Position numbers and translations under genes: made by a program
Part shown: positions 40,291-54,837 of the stretch, piece by piece
Layout of the letters: every line of letters begins with the position of its first letter
How positions within the stretch are numbered: the stretch's first letter is position 1
The notes under the pieces: model-generated
The model's database searches: none
The model's input: the letters and a program-made list of their open reading frames with translations, nothing else
What the model was told of the DNA's origin: nothing
NCBI GenBank assembly: GCA_951406725.2
Contig: OX597830.1
Coordinates: 806,001-870,000 of the forward strand
Direction: 5' to 3'
DNA from: Octopus vulgaris
Taxonomy: Eukaryota
Length of the DNA stretch: 64,000 bases

Positions 40291-40292
<2 letters not shown>
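40103..40292. mobile_element. 190-bp inverted pLTR mini-element with hammerhead, inserted in (TA)n
   Basis: 38-bp inverted repeat (40103-40140 / 40184-40221, 1 mismatch) enclosing a hammerhead, with AATAAA in each arm and (TA)n on both sides. Confidence 0.75.
40136..40173 (-). ncRNA. Type-I hammerhead ribozyme
   Basis: Minus strand CTGT-CTGATGA-ACG-GCAA-CGA-GAAA-CTCAGAG-TA-ACAG. It has a perfect CUGAUGA/GAAA core, stem I CTGT/ACAG, GNRA-capped stem II (first pair A-A mismatch), near-palindromic stem III and a GUA site. Confidence 0.8.
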
Positions 40293-40375
<83 letters not shown>

Positions 40376-40410
40376 ATATATATGTGTGGATACATATATA
40401 TGAGTGTATA

Positions 40411-40463
<53 letters not shown>

Positions 40464-40494
40464 ATATATATGTGTGGATACATATATATGAGTG

Positions 40495-40541
<47 letters not shown>

Positions 40542-40708
40542 GTATATATATATATGTATATGTATATATATATATGTATATGTATATATATATATATGTA
40601 TATATATATATGTATATGTATATATATATATGTATATATATATGTATATATATATATGTATATATATATGAGTGTATATATATATATATGTATATATATA
40701 TATGAGTG

Positions 40709-40757
<49 letters not shown>

Positions 40758-40846
40758 GAGTGTATATATATATATATATGTATATATATATGAGTGTATA
40801 TATATATGTATATATATATATGTATATATATATATGTATATATATG

Positions 40847-40895
<49 letters not shown>

Positions 40896-40918
40896 GTATA
40901 TATATATATGTATATATG

Positions 40919-40972
<54 letters not shown>

Positions 40973-41000
40973 TATATATGTGGGTGTGTGTGTGTGTGTG
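40293..41000. repeat. About 700-bp (TA)n/(TATG)n compound microsatellite with higher-order TGAGTG-marked units
   Basis: Direct inspection. tgtgtggatacatatatatgagtg occurs twice. Confidence 0.95.
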
Positions 41001-41575
41001 CTTTCACGTTTATATATATATAAAAGTGTGTGTGTATGTATAACATTCTACGTTATTAATCTAGTTTCGGGGTATAATACTTGAGATATGTATTGATCTG
41101 AGCTGCAGATTGTTTTTGTTTAAAACATTTTATTATTTTATAGCTTGAAATTGATGAAAATTCTGTTTGTTTATCGTCGTTGGAATGAAAGAATACACTC
41201 CAGTTATGAGACTTCTAGGCACCAGAATCCTTTAAAGTTTACAAGATAAATGTAATTATAGTACCACTTGTATTATTTGCTTTAAGAATATTCATTCGAG
41301 AGAGCAGACATGTTGAAATGAAATTCTTACACCCCCACCACAATTTCCCTTGTTTTGTTTACCTAACATTCATTCTTTATCGCAATCGCCCTCTGTCTTC
41401 TCTCCGTCACACATACGCGTTCACTTTCACGCACGCACACACGCACACATATGCGCGCAGACGCACACAAAACGCACGCACACACAGACACACAAATACA
41501 CACACAAGAAAACACGCACATAAATATTGAAAATAAATATGTAGGATAAAGTGATGACTATTTCCTTGAAAATGT

Positions 41576-41643
<68 letters not shown>

Positions 41644-42255
41644 AAAGACACACACATATAAAGAATATTATACATATATATGCATATATGTACACATATA
41701 TCTATAAGTATATTTGTATATAAACATATATATATTTATTTGTTTATATGCATATGTATATGTATATATATGTATATATATATATTTATCTATCTATCTA
41801 CCTCACTCTACACACACATTATATATATATATATATTATATATTATACACACACACGCACACACACAAGCATACATAAACATGTGTACACGTAGCAGATT
41901 TTCATGTCTATATTGTTTAAGGAACTATCAGTTTTAGGGAAAAAACTTATTTCACAGAAGATTTCCTGTGGTTTATTAACTCCCAAATAAGGCGTCTGGT
42001 TAATTCAAGGGACCTGTGTTCCTACTTCCACCTGAATTATACTTTCCGCTTTACTTTTAAACTTAAGAAATCTATAAAACACACACATAGGCTTACAATT
42101 ACACACGCATGTAGCTAGGTATGTGTGTATATGCACAAACACAGGAACCCATGCGTATCAGAAGCATTATACCTGCATGTATACATATTTACACACAGGC
42201 ATATATGCATACACATACATATCTACATACATAAGTGTATATATATATATGTGTG

Positions 42256-42301
<46 letters not shown>

Positions 42302-43000
42302 ATATCTTGTATCTTAAACAGGATTCGAATAATCCTATCAGGTGGTGCTATTAAGTTAGTCATGGCCTGGACCAATCTTTGGTCCAAACATATCTAAGTT
42401 TATCTAAGTCTAAGTTTATGTATATAAATACAAATACACACACATACACGCACACACGCAAATGTACATATATATATACAACTTATATACATGTGTCTTT
42501 ATATATATGGATGTATGTGTATGTATGCATGCATGTGTGTGTGTGTATTATGTGACTGTGTATATGCAATCGTAATATGAGCCGGTAGCGTATTCCAGTC
42601 TCTTCTACAGTGGTTAATAAAGAAATATCTTTCATTGATTTTGGCAATTATGAAGGACAGAAACAACCTTTTATTGATAAAGAAACGATTGAGATAAATT
42701 AGAACTCAAGCGAACTCCATCGATAATCTCGTCTAAATAAACATGAACTCCCGAGATATTCAAGGCGCTGTCAGAAATATCTCTTTCGACTTGCAGTTAC
42801 AAACATTCATTTAATCTATGCTTACATTGGTGAAGATGTCTAAAATTCCGGGAAGAGATTTGCTAATTTTCTTATAAATATTATGTAGGCATGCTACTGA
42901 ATTGCATGTGTGCGTTTACATACATACATATATATGTATGAATATGTCTGTGTGCATATGTAATATGTGTATATACATATATGTGTGTGTATGTGTACAG

Positions 43001-43042
<42 letters not shown>

Positions 43043-43959
43043 GTAGATGTATAAATATATCTATCGTAAACTTTCTATATTACTTATATAGTTATGTAGT
43101 TCTATAATAGGCTCCTTGCCGTTAACATACAGAACACTCACCATTTCTATGGCACGCTTCTTCCCTACTCCTACTTCATATTTATTTCTAAGAAGAAATC
43201 GTGTGCTTTCTTTGTGAAGCCAACTGTGTAAATATTGGAGCTGGACTGCGAGACAATTTTGTAGACAAATAACCATACTTCTTTCTTTGACCAGTTTTAC
43301 ATAAGACAAAGAAATGTAGGAAGCACCAAACCTTTAACTAGGATGAATTGCATATTTGGAGAAGAATCAGCGTAGCTTAGTATAATAATTAACCATGCTG
43401 ATTTTAGCATCTTCAGAAGCCAAATATGAATAAGTAACGGTCTTATTTGACCTCAGCGAAGCCCGAATTTAACCAAAGATCCTCAAAATGTGACGAGTGT
43501 ATAACTGAGTAGAATTAGATTATTATCGAAGTCCCCGTTTTGTTCATTGAAATAAATAAACTCATATTTTATATAACAACGTACAACCAAGATTTGATGT
43601 TCACTGCGCTGTTATTGCAACCTTATCTATTGTTATCGCATACAGTGTGTCTACGCCAAATCTCTTCCCGGAATTTTAGACATCTTCACCAATGTTATCT
43701 GGAAAATTGTTAAAAGAAATTTAGCAAATTCTCAACACTAACCTAAAGTCTTGCAGAATAAATCAACTGAAGACATAAAATTTATTAATACTGCAGTCAT
43801 TCTATTATTTATTATTCGAACTAGCTTGATAAATATTCTTATAATTACTTGATGTTTATTATCCCAAGCCAGCAATATCATTCGTTTTGCACATTGATTC
43901 CGTACTCAAGACTAAGCTATAACCACGTTAACTTCAACGAAACGAGTACTGGTCTCACA

Positions 43960-44150
43960 CTTGAATTTAATATTAATTTCTAAATGGAGGAATAATTTTA
44001 GCTCGATGAAAGAATATCTTCTGGTATTTATATACATATCAAACAAGAATGGTCCTGTTGCCTTGAGTTTTGTCAGGCTACCTTCAAAATATTGCACTAT
44101 AGTAATGAATTCGTATCGAGTGCGTCCTGATCCATACGGTTATAGATTAC
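43960..44150 (-). mobile_element. Very degraded CR1/L2-like RT fragment
   Basis: GPFLFDMYIN…LKLF resembles the RT domain 4-5 motif GPLLF..YINDL. Confidence 0.3.
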
Positions 44151-44664
44151 AGGTCATATAAGTATGTTCTAATTTTGATGTATGGGATTGCTGGTTAGAG
44201 GTCATCTTCGTATTTGCCAATTCCAAAATGATACATCTGAAGGGCTGAACACTGAAAAATATCTGACGCTATTTAAATCTGCACATAATCTGTTTAATTC
44301 GATTAACAGAGAATTGTTCTTGTTCTGCTATAAGTGAAAGAAAGGAATACACGTTTGAAAATATTCGCTTCCTCGCCACTCCTGCTACCAACGATATGTC
44401 TGTGTTGCTGTTTTCACAATTATCTTACATGTAAACGAACAAGGTTATTAAGTCTACTAAGAATCTTCAGCTATTTGTTTGACGTGCAGGAACATAGCAA
44501 ACAAATACTTTACAACGAGAGTACACTATGTTAAACTACAAATTCTTAGATGGATAAAGTCTGAATGTCTTTCATTATTCCATATTCTCCTTTACAATTT
44601 TCCTGAAGCTAAAATAACCCTTAACCAACTCATATTTCTGGCTATTATAATTTCATATATAACG

Positions 44665-44875
44665 ACAGTGAGCTAATATAGTCCTTATCGCGCCGAGTAA
44701 AACGCTTAGCGTGATTTATTCCCGTTTTAACGTTCTGAAATAAAATTTCGCCATTATCAACTTTGCCTTCCATACTTCGAGATGGATAAAATTAGTTCCA
44801 GTCGAGCACTGGGGTCGATGTAATTGACTAACTCCCTCCCCCAAATTTCAGGCCCTGCAGCTTGAGTAAAACGTA
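44665..44875 (+). mobile_element. SINE family A (degenerate)
   Basis: caactttgccttccatacttcg…actggggtcgatgtaattgact…caaatttcaggcc. Confidence 0.7.
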
Positions 44876-47390
44876 TTGTTTTATACCTATTGTAGTTATA
44901 CGAGTTTCCTTGTTTAGGATTATCTTCAACATATTTCTATGTTAATAAAGATTCCTAATATACTCAGGTGCTCGCGCGCACAATGAAAAGCTAAATATCT
45001 GATGCTTACCATTTGTAATTCTACAGAGGCTAATTGCAAAGGAAGTGGGGAAGGTTAATAATGAAAGAATTGTGTTGATAAATAGATTGCAAGTAGCAGA
45101 AGAGAGTTCGTAAAGCCCAGGAATTCTTTGCTATTTAATGCTTCTTAATTCATTTGATTTTATCTTTTAATATTGTAATTTTGTAAAATCCGGATTAAAC
45201 CAACAAAATAAAATCCTTCGGTGTAATATGCCACAAAAAAATTCAAAATGCTAAATTTTACTGGACTTTTATGCTTTTTCATTAATTAGTTCGGAATATA
45301 TAATCTGCACGTTCGTTTTTATCATTTTAGCAAAGCGTTTAAGTTATGGAAAACAGGCGAAAAGCAATTAATTTTATCATTTTTTTTCTTCTATGCGTGT
45401 GTGTATTTTTTTCATCCTCTCACATCTTGCAACCAAATTTTTTTTCGCATTTGGTGCGTGGTCGGATAGTTATTTTGTTGAGATAAATTGATTTTACAGT
45501 TAGTGGCTCTTCTGAATGTTACACACAAATCTGAAAGAAGAACAGAAAACAGGTGACGACGAATGGCAAGTCTCTCCTTCTCGCTGCAACTTTAACATTG
45601 AATCTATCAGTTTCAATTCTTATCCGAAACTGTCGCAATAATTTTATAATTCCTAATTTCCCACACGAGATACATAGAGTTATAATTCTGTGGACATACT
45701 TCTTAATCACGAACAAAATACAAAGCAATATGACAGATTAAGCATATTTTTATTTCTAAAAACCTTTCTGTTGGTGATATATTAATTAATGTCCGTTCAT
45801 TAGCCTCCTACTTCTATGTAAATGAGTTTGTACCTTCTCATGTCATTTCACATTTAATAAGTATATAGATACATATACATATATATGTTTGTGTATGTAT
45901 GTGTGTGTGCGTGTGGATATGTGTGTGTGGGTGTTTGTATATGAATGTGTGTATGCTTGCAAAATTATCTTGCATGAATGCACATGAACAGATACACAAG
46001 AATCAATATAGCGTCACGCATATGCACACTCGCACGCACCCACCCACACATACTCTGGGAAACTTTAATGCGTTGCATGAAACACATAGAGCTAAAGTTA
46101 ATGGATAAATATCTACGCAGTCATTAAGGCAATAATTAAAAGCTTCTCATTTTCTCTTCTTTCTGTTTATTATAAATAGACTGAAGAGTAACGATTCTGC
46201 CAACCGGCACTCTGGCACCATCCATTAATAACCTAAGAAATTGGCTTCTGTGAACATTGACCTTTTACTGCGATTCTTATTTGTTCCATCACATCATAAT
46301 CTGCGTCTCTTATACCATTTTCTATATTTTCCTATTTTTCCTGTTGTAATCTTTTTCTCTTCTGGTGTGTGATGGGGTTGTTTCTTGAACGTTATTATTC
46401 AAAGATAGAAATAAGCTGTAGAGCAATGAGCTTTCACACAGTTTCTTCGTCTAAAATCATCGTTTCTAAGTCAGTTATTACATTACATTAGCAATTAAAT
46501 CAGCGATTAATCAATATTGTATTACTTTTGTGTATTTATTAGTCTTTGTTGCTTTAGTTTTGTATTGTTTCTCAATAAGAAGATAAATAGGGTTTACTTA
46601 TATAAATTATTGCTTTACTTGTTCATTATTTCACAGAAAAAATATTGAACTAGTTACCCTTAGACGTCAGCCTTCCATCCATTATCTTTCCGAAATTAAC
46701 AAGAAAAAAAAAAACTTTCAGTGTCCCTCACGAAGATTTTAAAAACGGAATTTATTATTTGTCAGTAATTTAATACACAGAATTCTTTAGTTATATCAAT
46801 ATTTATTTATTTGTGGTTTATTAGGGGTAGATAAATCATAAAGTAATTGCAAACAAATGAAGATAGATAATGTTATTTTGAATATTAGATAAATATTGGC
46901 AGTTGTCGCTTCAGACGTGAACCATTTGTTTCCATCTGAGAGGAAAAGTAATGAAATCAAAACACATTCTATGAGAGACAAAGAGCACACAAAGTACGAG
47001 GACAATTTTACTGATCACCATAAAAAGTTGCAAAATGTCCATCAAAGTACACCATTCTAAATGATTACGGGAGCGACACTTTAAATGACTCTTTAGAAAA
47101 TTACTGGATAATTAGAACCGGAATATCTGATTAAACGGCAGCTTAATCAGAGCCGACTAGGGTTAGATAAACAGAAATGGAATAATATAAAAGCAGTGTG
47201 TAAAACTCAGACACACATATAAAATCAGATGGTTAACTCTTACAGAATAAAGTATTTTGCTATGATAATTCATGCATCAATAACTTTTTGCATGAAAGGA
47301 GCATCATAAGTAAGTCGGTATACCGAGTGGTCCCATGTATCATGTCTGGTTTACGGTTGATGAATGCTTACTATCATCTCTCTATATAAG

Positions 47391-47443
<53 letters not shown>

Positions 47444-47446
47444 TAA

Positions 47447-47857
47447 CTTGTTTATGTACAAGGACCTGTCTCTATACAATAATATAGCTATGTACAATGG
47501 CTCGTTTATATACAGTAGCATTTCTATACACGATAACATTGCTTTGTCTTCATGTGACGTCATGTGTATATACAAAGACAGGTTTCTGTATAATATCTTG
47601 TCTACTTGCTATAACTACAATGTCTAACGACATGTCTACAAGAGGTGATTTCTGTATAAACTATCACATGTTTATATTCCATGAAGTGTCTATAAACACC
47701 ACCATTAGTTTTAACAATGACTCATCTCTATACAATGATTTGACTAGAGAGAGAGAGAGACATGTTTGTATGTTGTAATTCCATTATATATATATAATTA
47801 CCCGCAAGTATCTACGTACGATGGCTTGTCTGTTTATAATGTCTTATCTACGGCATA
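47447..47857. repeat. Degenerate 18-bp minisatellite (consensus about CTTGTCTATATACAATGA)
   Basis: Consecutive units cttgtttatgtacaagga / cctgtctctatacaataa / tatagctatgtacaatgg / ctcgtttatatacagtag. Confidence 0.7.
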
Positions 47858-50344
47858 AAAATGCACCGCCTCAAATAAGCGGATAGCAACATAAATGGAT
47901 AGTGCATTAAGTGTAATTTTTCACATTAAAACCTGGAAGAAAACTAGATCTGTATGTCTTTAGATCTAATACCCATTGCTATATTTCTTAAATTCTGTCA
48001 TTAAACCAGAACATTTAATCTGCTTGGAAGTATATTTACCTGACAATCTGGGATACTCTGCTTGAAACTGAAACAACATCTTCTCGAAGGAATCAACAAA
48101 CAAAAAAGCTACAAGACACACACACATTCACAGGATTCGGCTATATTTACATAAAATATATTTTTTTTGCCTACTAAATATAAAATAAAACATAGGTACG
48201 TGTTTCAAATTGCTATTATGAATTTAACAAGATGGCAATAAATCAGTTCAACCATTAATCCATCATTCTCTAACAGGAAATATTTTTATTACTTTATTTT
48301 TCACTTTTTTTATTGTTAGAAAACATTCGATTATTGTCTGAGAAATAATTTTCGTTTCTTAGAAATTTGTATTGCTTTTTTTTTCATTACAAGATAAGAC
48401 TTTTCTGAACCATTCAATTTCAATAATTCCTTTAGCATAAAATCTAAGTCTCTTTCCAATGCTATCAAGATCATTATTATTTCATTCATAATTAGAATTT
48501 ATATTGCCGCTTTTGAGAACAATGTTTCCGTTTTTGAGGAAAACGGTAAATGCCTGAAAGGGAAAAATGGAAACGGGCAATGAAAGACTGTGTCAAAAGA
48601 CTTGTCCCTGGTGAAATGATGAACTCTCTGAAGAGGTAAAACAATCTCCTTGAAGGGACGAAACGCTTCCATCTCAGATAAGCAGGAATTAATATGCAAA
48701 ACAAATGTACCTAAGTCACACCTATATGAAATAGGTCATTACATTTCAAACAGGTGCTAATTGGAAAGAAGGTGACATTTCATTTCGAAGGACATAAACA
48801 AGATATTGTAGTAATAAAAATTTCACACTGACATTACAAGGTGTTATACATCAATAACCTCCAAGACAAGGGGCCGCGTTGACTCATTGCACTCTAGGAA
48901 TTCCTTACAGAAGATCCTGGAATCTTTAATATTAACAACAATTCGAAGATTGTTTCATCAAGAATGTGGTGTGTTTAGATTAAAAGAGAAGGCGGCTTTC
49001 CCACCATGTGTTATAAGTTGCTTTGTTTCGCCTCGGATATGTTTAATCAAATACATATTTAATCCATGAAATTATTTGCATTTTGTTATATACGTTCCTG
49101 GCTGTAGGTGAAAGAAAATGCAAGAAGATCAATTAATCATGATTTTATTTAACATATTCTCTTTTCGGATTATCGGTCCACCAGTTTTATAAGCCCTATA
49201 AAAGAGCTGGGAATGTTGGCCTTTCATTATCCTCTCCTATATATTAAACTCATCCCATTTGAAAGAGATATCCTTTTCTCCTCCTCACTTTGTCTTTATA
49301 TAACTTCTGTGCACCCCCCCACACATATTTGAAAATTCCTTATGTAACGCCAGATTATTTCATTGTACATTGCGAGCGCTTGCGTCCAATAAAAGTGTGG
49401 CTGCTTTCATCGTCATCCTCATCAGCTGCAGCACCGCCACCACCACCACCACCGCTACCACCACCATCATCTTGTATTTCACTTGCTTCTAGCATAAAAA
49501 ATGCTTTGGTGGCACTAGTGATAATGGAAAGAGTCCAGCAGCAAGGCGTCATTATTCAGATAACTATGTTGAAAAGATGACGGACGAAGGGATGACGATT
49601 GGGACAGAAAGATGATGATCGGGATGGTGGCTGTGGTTATGCTGTTGGTAAGGATGATGATGATGATGATGCTACTGATGGAAACAACAAAACTAAAATA
49701 AAGTAAATAAAGTTAACATGCTCATTGAAGCATTCTTGATATGCACGAATAACTGATTGCTTAAAAATGTCATTTTATTTAAACATCTTGCTATTAACTC
49801 AGATACAAAAGCCAAGCTTTATATCTCCTCATTGTAATTGTCTATCTCTGTCTGTCTGTCTGTCTCTCTCTATCTGTTTGTCTATCCATCCATATGTATG
49901 TGTATATGCACACATATAAATAAACGAACAAAAAGCCACTCTCTCTCACACATACACATGCGTGTGCGCACATGCATGTTACTGGCGATGTTTGTCTTGA
50001 AACAGTGTCACCATTTCTCAAAGGATATTTTCCCAAAAAGTTATACGGAACTCCAAAACACTCCTGGAATGAACTTAAGCTTGTGAAGTAGTAGTCTGCC
50101 ATAACTACTTTGTGAGAGGCAAATAAGAAGGTGCTCATGAGTTTTCGTGTCTTCGAGTCATAAATCGAGAAGCTTTTGTTTTACTGTTAAGTATTTATGA
50201 AACGAATGTAAAAAAAACAATTTGCTTATTTCGAGGAACGAGAAAAAGGCGAGAAGAAATATTAAGGCGTCGGAGACTGGAAAATTGTAGCTCAAATGTA
50301 TGCTACGCTTGTATTTATTTCTAGATTTATAAAACTTGTGAAAT

Positions 50345-50640
50345 CACGTGGCTACTTATTTAGAGGTATTCGGCTGACGAGCCCGAGGTCGTGAGTTCGA
50401 TTCCCAGTGGCATGTTTTGTCCTTGAGACTATTTTCACGTTGCCAAAGTCTTCTCAGCTGGAGAAACAAGTAGTATCTATATTGCAAAGGACCAACCTTG
50501 TTACATTCTGTGTCACGCTGAATCTCCCTGAATACTACCTGCGTGTGGAGTGTTGAGCCACTTGCACGATAATCTTCCGAGCCGGCTGCTCCGTTAGTCG
50601 GATCTACTGGGACACTCGGCCAGTTTATAAACCGTATCAT
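50345..50640 (+). mobile_element. SINE family C (tRNA-derived head)
   Basis: ggtattcggctgacga…ggtcgtgagttcgattccc, gtccttgag, and gtgtcacgctgaatctccctga shared with 57265-57545. Confidence 0.78.
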
Positions 50641-51504
50641 ACAGTGTACTTCTGCAAGATCTATTGTGCCAGATATTAATACAGGTCTTTGACACGTATG
50701 TTTTACTTATCAAGCAAATGTGCTGCTATTAAACGCCATCTACAGAACGGTTTCTTACATGTAACTTCGATTACTATGAGTATTAGTTGGCTCTCAATCC
50801 CAAATGAACTGGTATATCCTTCTAGTTTTACAAATGTACTGAAATATATTAATGTATTAATGTGGCATATATTTAGGCAAAGAGGACAAATAAAAAAGTT
50901 AGAAACGGCAAATATATAGGAGAAGGGAACGATTCTTCGTGGCTGTTGTCACTTACAAGGTTTGTCAATAGTGTTAACTGAAGTCAGTTGGTCACGTCTA
51001 GGAATTGAAACTGTGTTACATGTAAAATATTGACTTGCAAACAGAAATCTCGATAACTTTGGATATACTGTTGCTGTCTTTGAAGGTGGCTAAAGTTTTG
51101 TGTGTATTTCTGTAAGTTTGAATGCATGTAGTGTGTGTTTGTGCATTCGTTTATAATCAAAGTGACAGGAAACAGCAAGAAATATAAAGTACATATATGT
51201 GTGTGTGTGTGTATTTGTAAGTGTTGTGTACGTATTGTTGTCACTTAGTGATCAGAGGAACGGGAACTGATTAACTGTTATAGCAACAGATTGTAGTGGT
51301 CTGATGGAAGATGAAGAAAGAAAGAAAGAGGGACGACAAGACAGTCAAGAAGAGAAAAGCATCTCTGCTGGCAGAGAAATATTTTTGTATCAAAGAAAAG
51401 TACAAAAGAGACGGAGAAGAGAGGCAAACAAATTTCATACTCAGCATGGGATGAAGAAAAATAGCAAAGTCGATAGCAGAGATAAAGAAGTAAAAGACAT
51501 TTAT

Positions 51505-51505
<1 letters not shown>

Positions 51506-51580
<75 letters not shown>
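51506..51580. repeat. (GA)n microsatellite
   Basis: Direct inspection. Confidence 0.95.
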
Positions 51581-51582
<2 letters not shown>

Positions 51583-54500
51583 CAATTGGGGAGAGAGAGA
51601 GAAGGGGAAGATAGGTAGGAGAGAGAAGAAAAAATGAAAGCGAAATGATGAATTAACAGAGAGATGGGATTGAAAAAGGAGGACAAAAGCAGAAGATATG
51701 ATAGTAAAAAAAAGTAAGATTCGGTTGGAAATGAAGTAAAGAGATAAGAGCTGGTTAATTGTACTTTATTGACATCTGAAAGCAAAGAGGATGAAAATCG
51801 AAGAAAAGTATTTATAATGAATATCTTCAAAAGATTTGCAGTGCTCAGTAACATCTTTAAAAGATATGCCGGAACAAACATGAAACACTCCCTCAGATTC
51901 CAAATACACTAATATTGATAAACAGAGAAATTAGATTTAAATTCTAAAAACTTTCGGCATTGCAGTGAGAACTGTCACCGATCAATATTATGTTGTTTAA
52001 AGCGTTTCTGAATGATGGAAATTTGTCGAAGGGAGGGGTGGTGGAAAAAATGGAATCAAATACAACAAAATAACACAGCAAGATTTTTTGAGGACCAAAC
52101 AGAGAAGAGGAAAGCAACCTATATCCATGCAGCTATTTCTGTAGTTCTGCTCTAACCTGTGCACGATTATAAAAAAATCTGAATCAACAATGTCAGATGA
52201 AAGGAAAATATATTATATCTGGATAAATTCTGATTTCATTTGAAAACAAAATGATAAAATATGGAATACTGCGAAATGGATAGAAAAAAAAATCTTCAGC
52301 AAAATAACAAGTTGTTTTGATAAAAGAAGGTTTATATTATCAAATCTATATTTCATGTTTTTAACGGAGGGGTCAAATGACACAACAGTCCAGAAACTGC
52401 CAATTTATGTTTACTAATCATACATATTTTTAAAAATTGTAGGTTTGTATTCTTTTCTCTTTTTACAATTGTACATCCGTTGTGTGATATTAAAATAGTC
52501 TGGGATTCTTGGATATTTTTTATTAATCGCCACCATAGCCATTACAGTTAGATAACTTTCCAAGAACTAAACCGTTGAGTCTAGAGTTAGTCAATGAGAG
52601 TTGAGTATATTAATTTGATCTGTAAAACTTGATGATTGTAGGTAGGGATGTAAATGTATTGGCAAAACCGACCGCCCAAGAGACATACAAGAGAGGTGTA
52701 TAAATTTCTGAATAGAGAATTAAAATGTTTCGGCAAAGTGCGGCCACAACATATATTTTACTTCTTCACTTCTATTTCGTCTTGTCGCGCTAACATTGAA
52801 CCCTCCCCTTAATATTGCTTTCATAACCTCCATCCTGCAAACCCACCATGGTTTGCACATTGAATTTTTTTCGAAGACGGAACTGATCAAATCAGGGTAA
52901 TTTGGGTGCAAACGTTTCCTACTTTCTCCCCATAATGTCAAAACAAATGGAATATTGATTATTGTCTAATAATACATGGGAATTGATTCAGGTATTCGTA
53001 GATTCACGATACCTTAAAACGAATTTATTAAATTTTACGGCAGAAGCCAATTGATTATTGGTCTACGCTTCCAGGATTGATCAGGGTCTGAGCAACAAGA
53101 AAAACTACAACAATAGCAACCATGAAAGCAAAAACAGCACATCATTAAGGTGGAACTGGCAATGAACAAAACTGTTCGCAAATATTTTAAAGGCCACTGT
53201 GAACGAGGATCAACTTTCGGTTTGGTAACCAAAATCCGATTATCATGCAATGTAATGGATTCGCAATTATTACACGATTTAAATGCGTTACTTACTCGGG
53301 CTTGGGTCTGTAGTTATGGCAGTATACTTGTAACAAATTATTTCTATAATGTATATCACTGTCTATCATTGTGAAGAAATATCGTCTGCTAGTACAGGTT
53401 AAAACAATACGCTATGAGTGGAAATAGCGTTGAAACACAGTGTGGAAATCCCTCACACATATGTGTACGTATGTTTGTGTGCATATGGATATACTTTTGT
53501 TGATGTGTGCGTGTCTCAGAGTAGTATATAGTCGAGTGATGTACTCATCATTTTACTTTGAATGTTTTCATTTGCTATATTCATCTCTCACTGATTTACA
53601 CGCACTCTCTTGGTACCTGAGAACATTCATTTAAAGACGCTGTTGTATCCCAATTACAGTAAATATTTGCACCTGATGTAAATATGGTTTCTCTATTGAG
53701 CATGCGCAAATTTACTAAATTGACTTTCATTCTGAAACCATTGTGTGAACTAGTGTGACGTAGGTTTACAGCATATTTTATTGTTGATGATTTCACAATA
53801 ATCTGCTCAAAACTTACTCAAAGAAACCTTATGTTCAGTCACGTTAATTAAAAATAAAATATCATTCGTGATTTGCTACTTTTCGTCTCAGTTCTGCTTC
53901 TCTGTTTCGCATTCTTCCTGCATCTTATGTTTTTACCGTGAATAGAGTGGCATCTACTTCAGCTTATGAACGCTTTTCTTATCATAGAAGCAAAGATATC
54001 AGCATCTTTAGACTCAATTTGCTTTTGAATGAATGCAAGAGAATAATGAACTTTGTTATCTTGGGCTTTTACGCAAAGAAATCGCAGTTTATTAAACGCC
54101 TTCACCGCAAACAGAACAATTATCTTTCTCACAACTGTTATAATTAACCTTCTTGAAAACTGATATAACGGAAAGAATAATAATTAGTGTTACGTTTAAT
54201 TAGCGGTAATTATCTACGGCATATGACAGATGCAACAGCCTAGCTGATACTATAACATTGCCATCATATGAAGAGACAAAACGGTTAATGGCATTACAGT
54301 GGAAGGAGCTGGGAAATAGGTTATGATAAATTCTGGAAGAGCTGATACACAGTTCGAAATATAAAAGATAGTTTCCTCTAAATTGTTTCATAACGAAAAC
54401 GTAAGTTTTGTTATGAGATGTTTCACTTCTAATTACCTCTCTCTCTCTCCACCCCTGTCTCTCCGTCTTGTATCTTAAAAACGGAAAGGAAATATTTCAG

Positions 54501-54837
54501 AAACAACTTACAGTAAAAGAAACTAAGGAACTACGAGGGATACAATTGGAGCCCTATGCACACTAGAGCTGAAATGCAACCATATTTAAGATCCATTGGA
54601 AGAATGGATCTTAATGGATCTCCTTTATGATTTCATGGTTCACCTCGATGTTAATTCTCAAGTGTCAATGCAAACTTAAGTTGTATTTAAATGCTTGATA
54701 ATTTGTGAATCAACCTCATTATCTTTACTAATGCGTAAATAATAATTCTCTATTCTCCATACTGATATGGGTTGGAGTTTGCAATCATACATGATATTAC
54801 CATATCAAATATGTCAAACATTATAAAGATAAACTAT

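Noticed and set aside
48492-48720. Possible coding or transposase fragment
   Set aside because: Stops interrupt the + frames, and the two short - strand ORFs show no recognisable motif.
54586-54614. 12-bp perfect hairpin ttaagatccatt/aatggatcttaa
   Set aside because: It is short and next to a tandem duplication of aatggatc, so most likely a replication scar.
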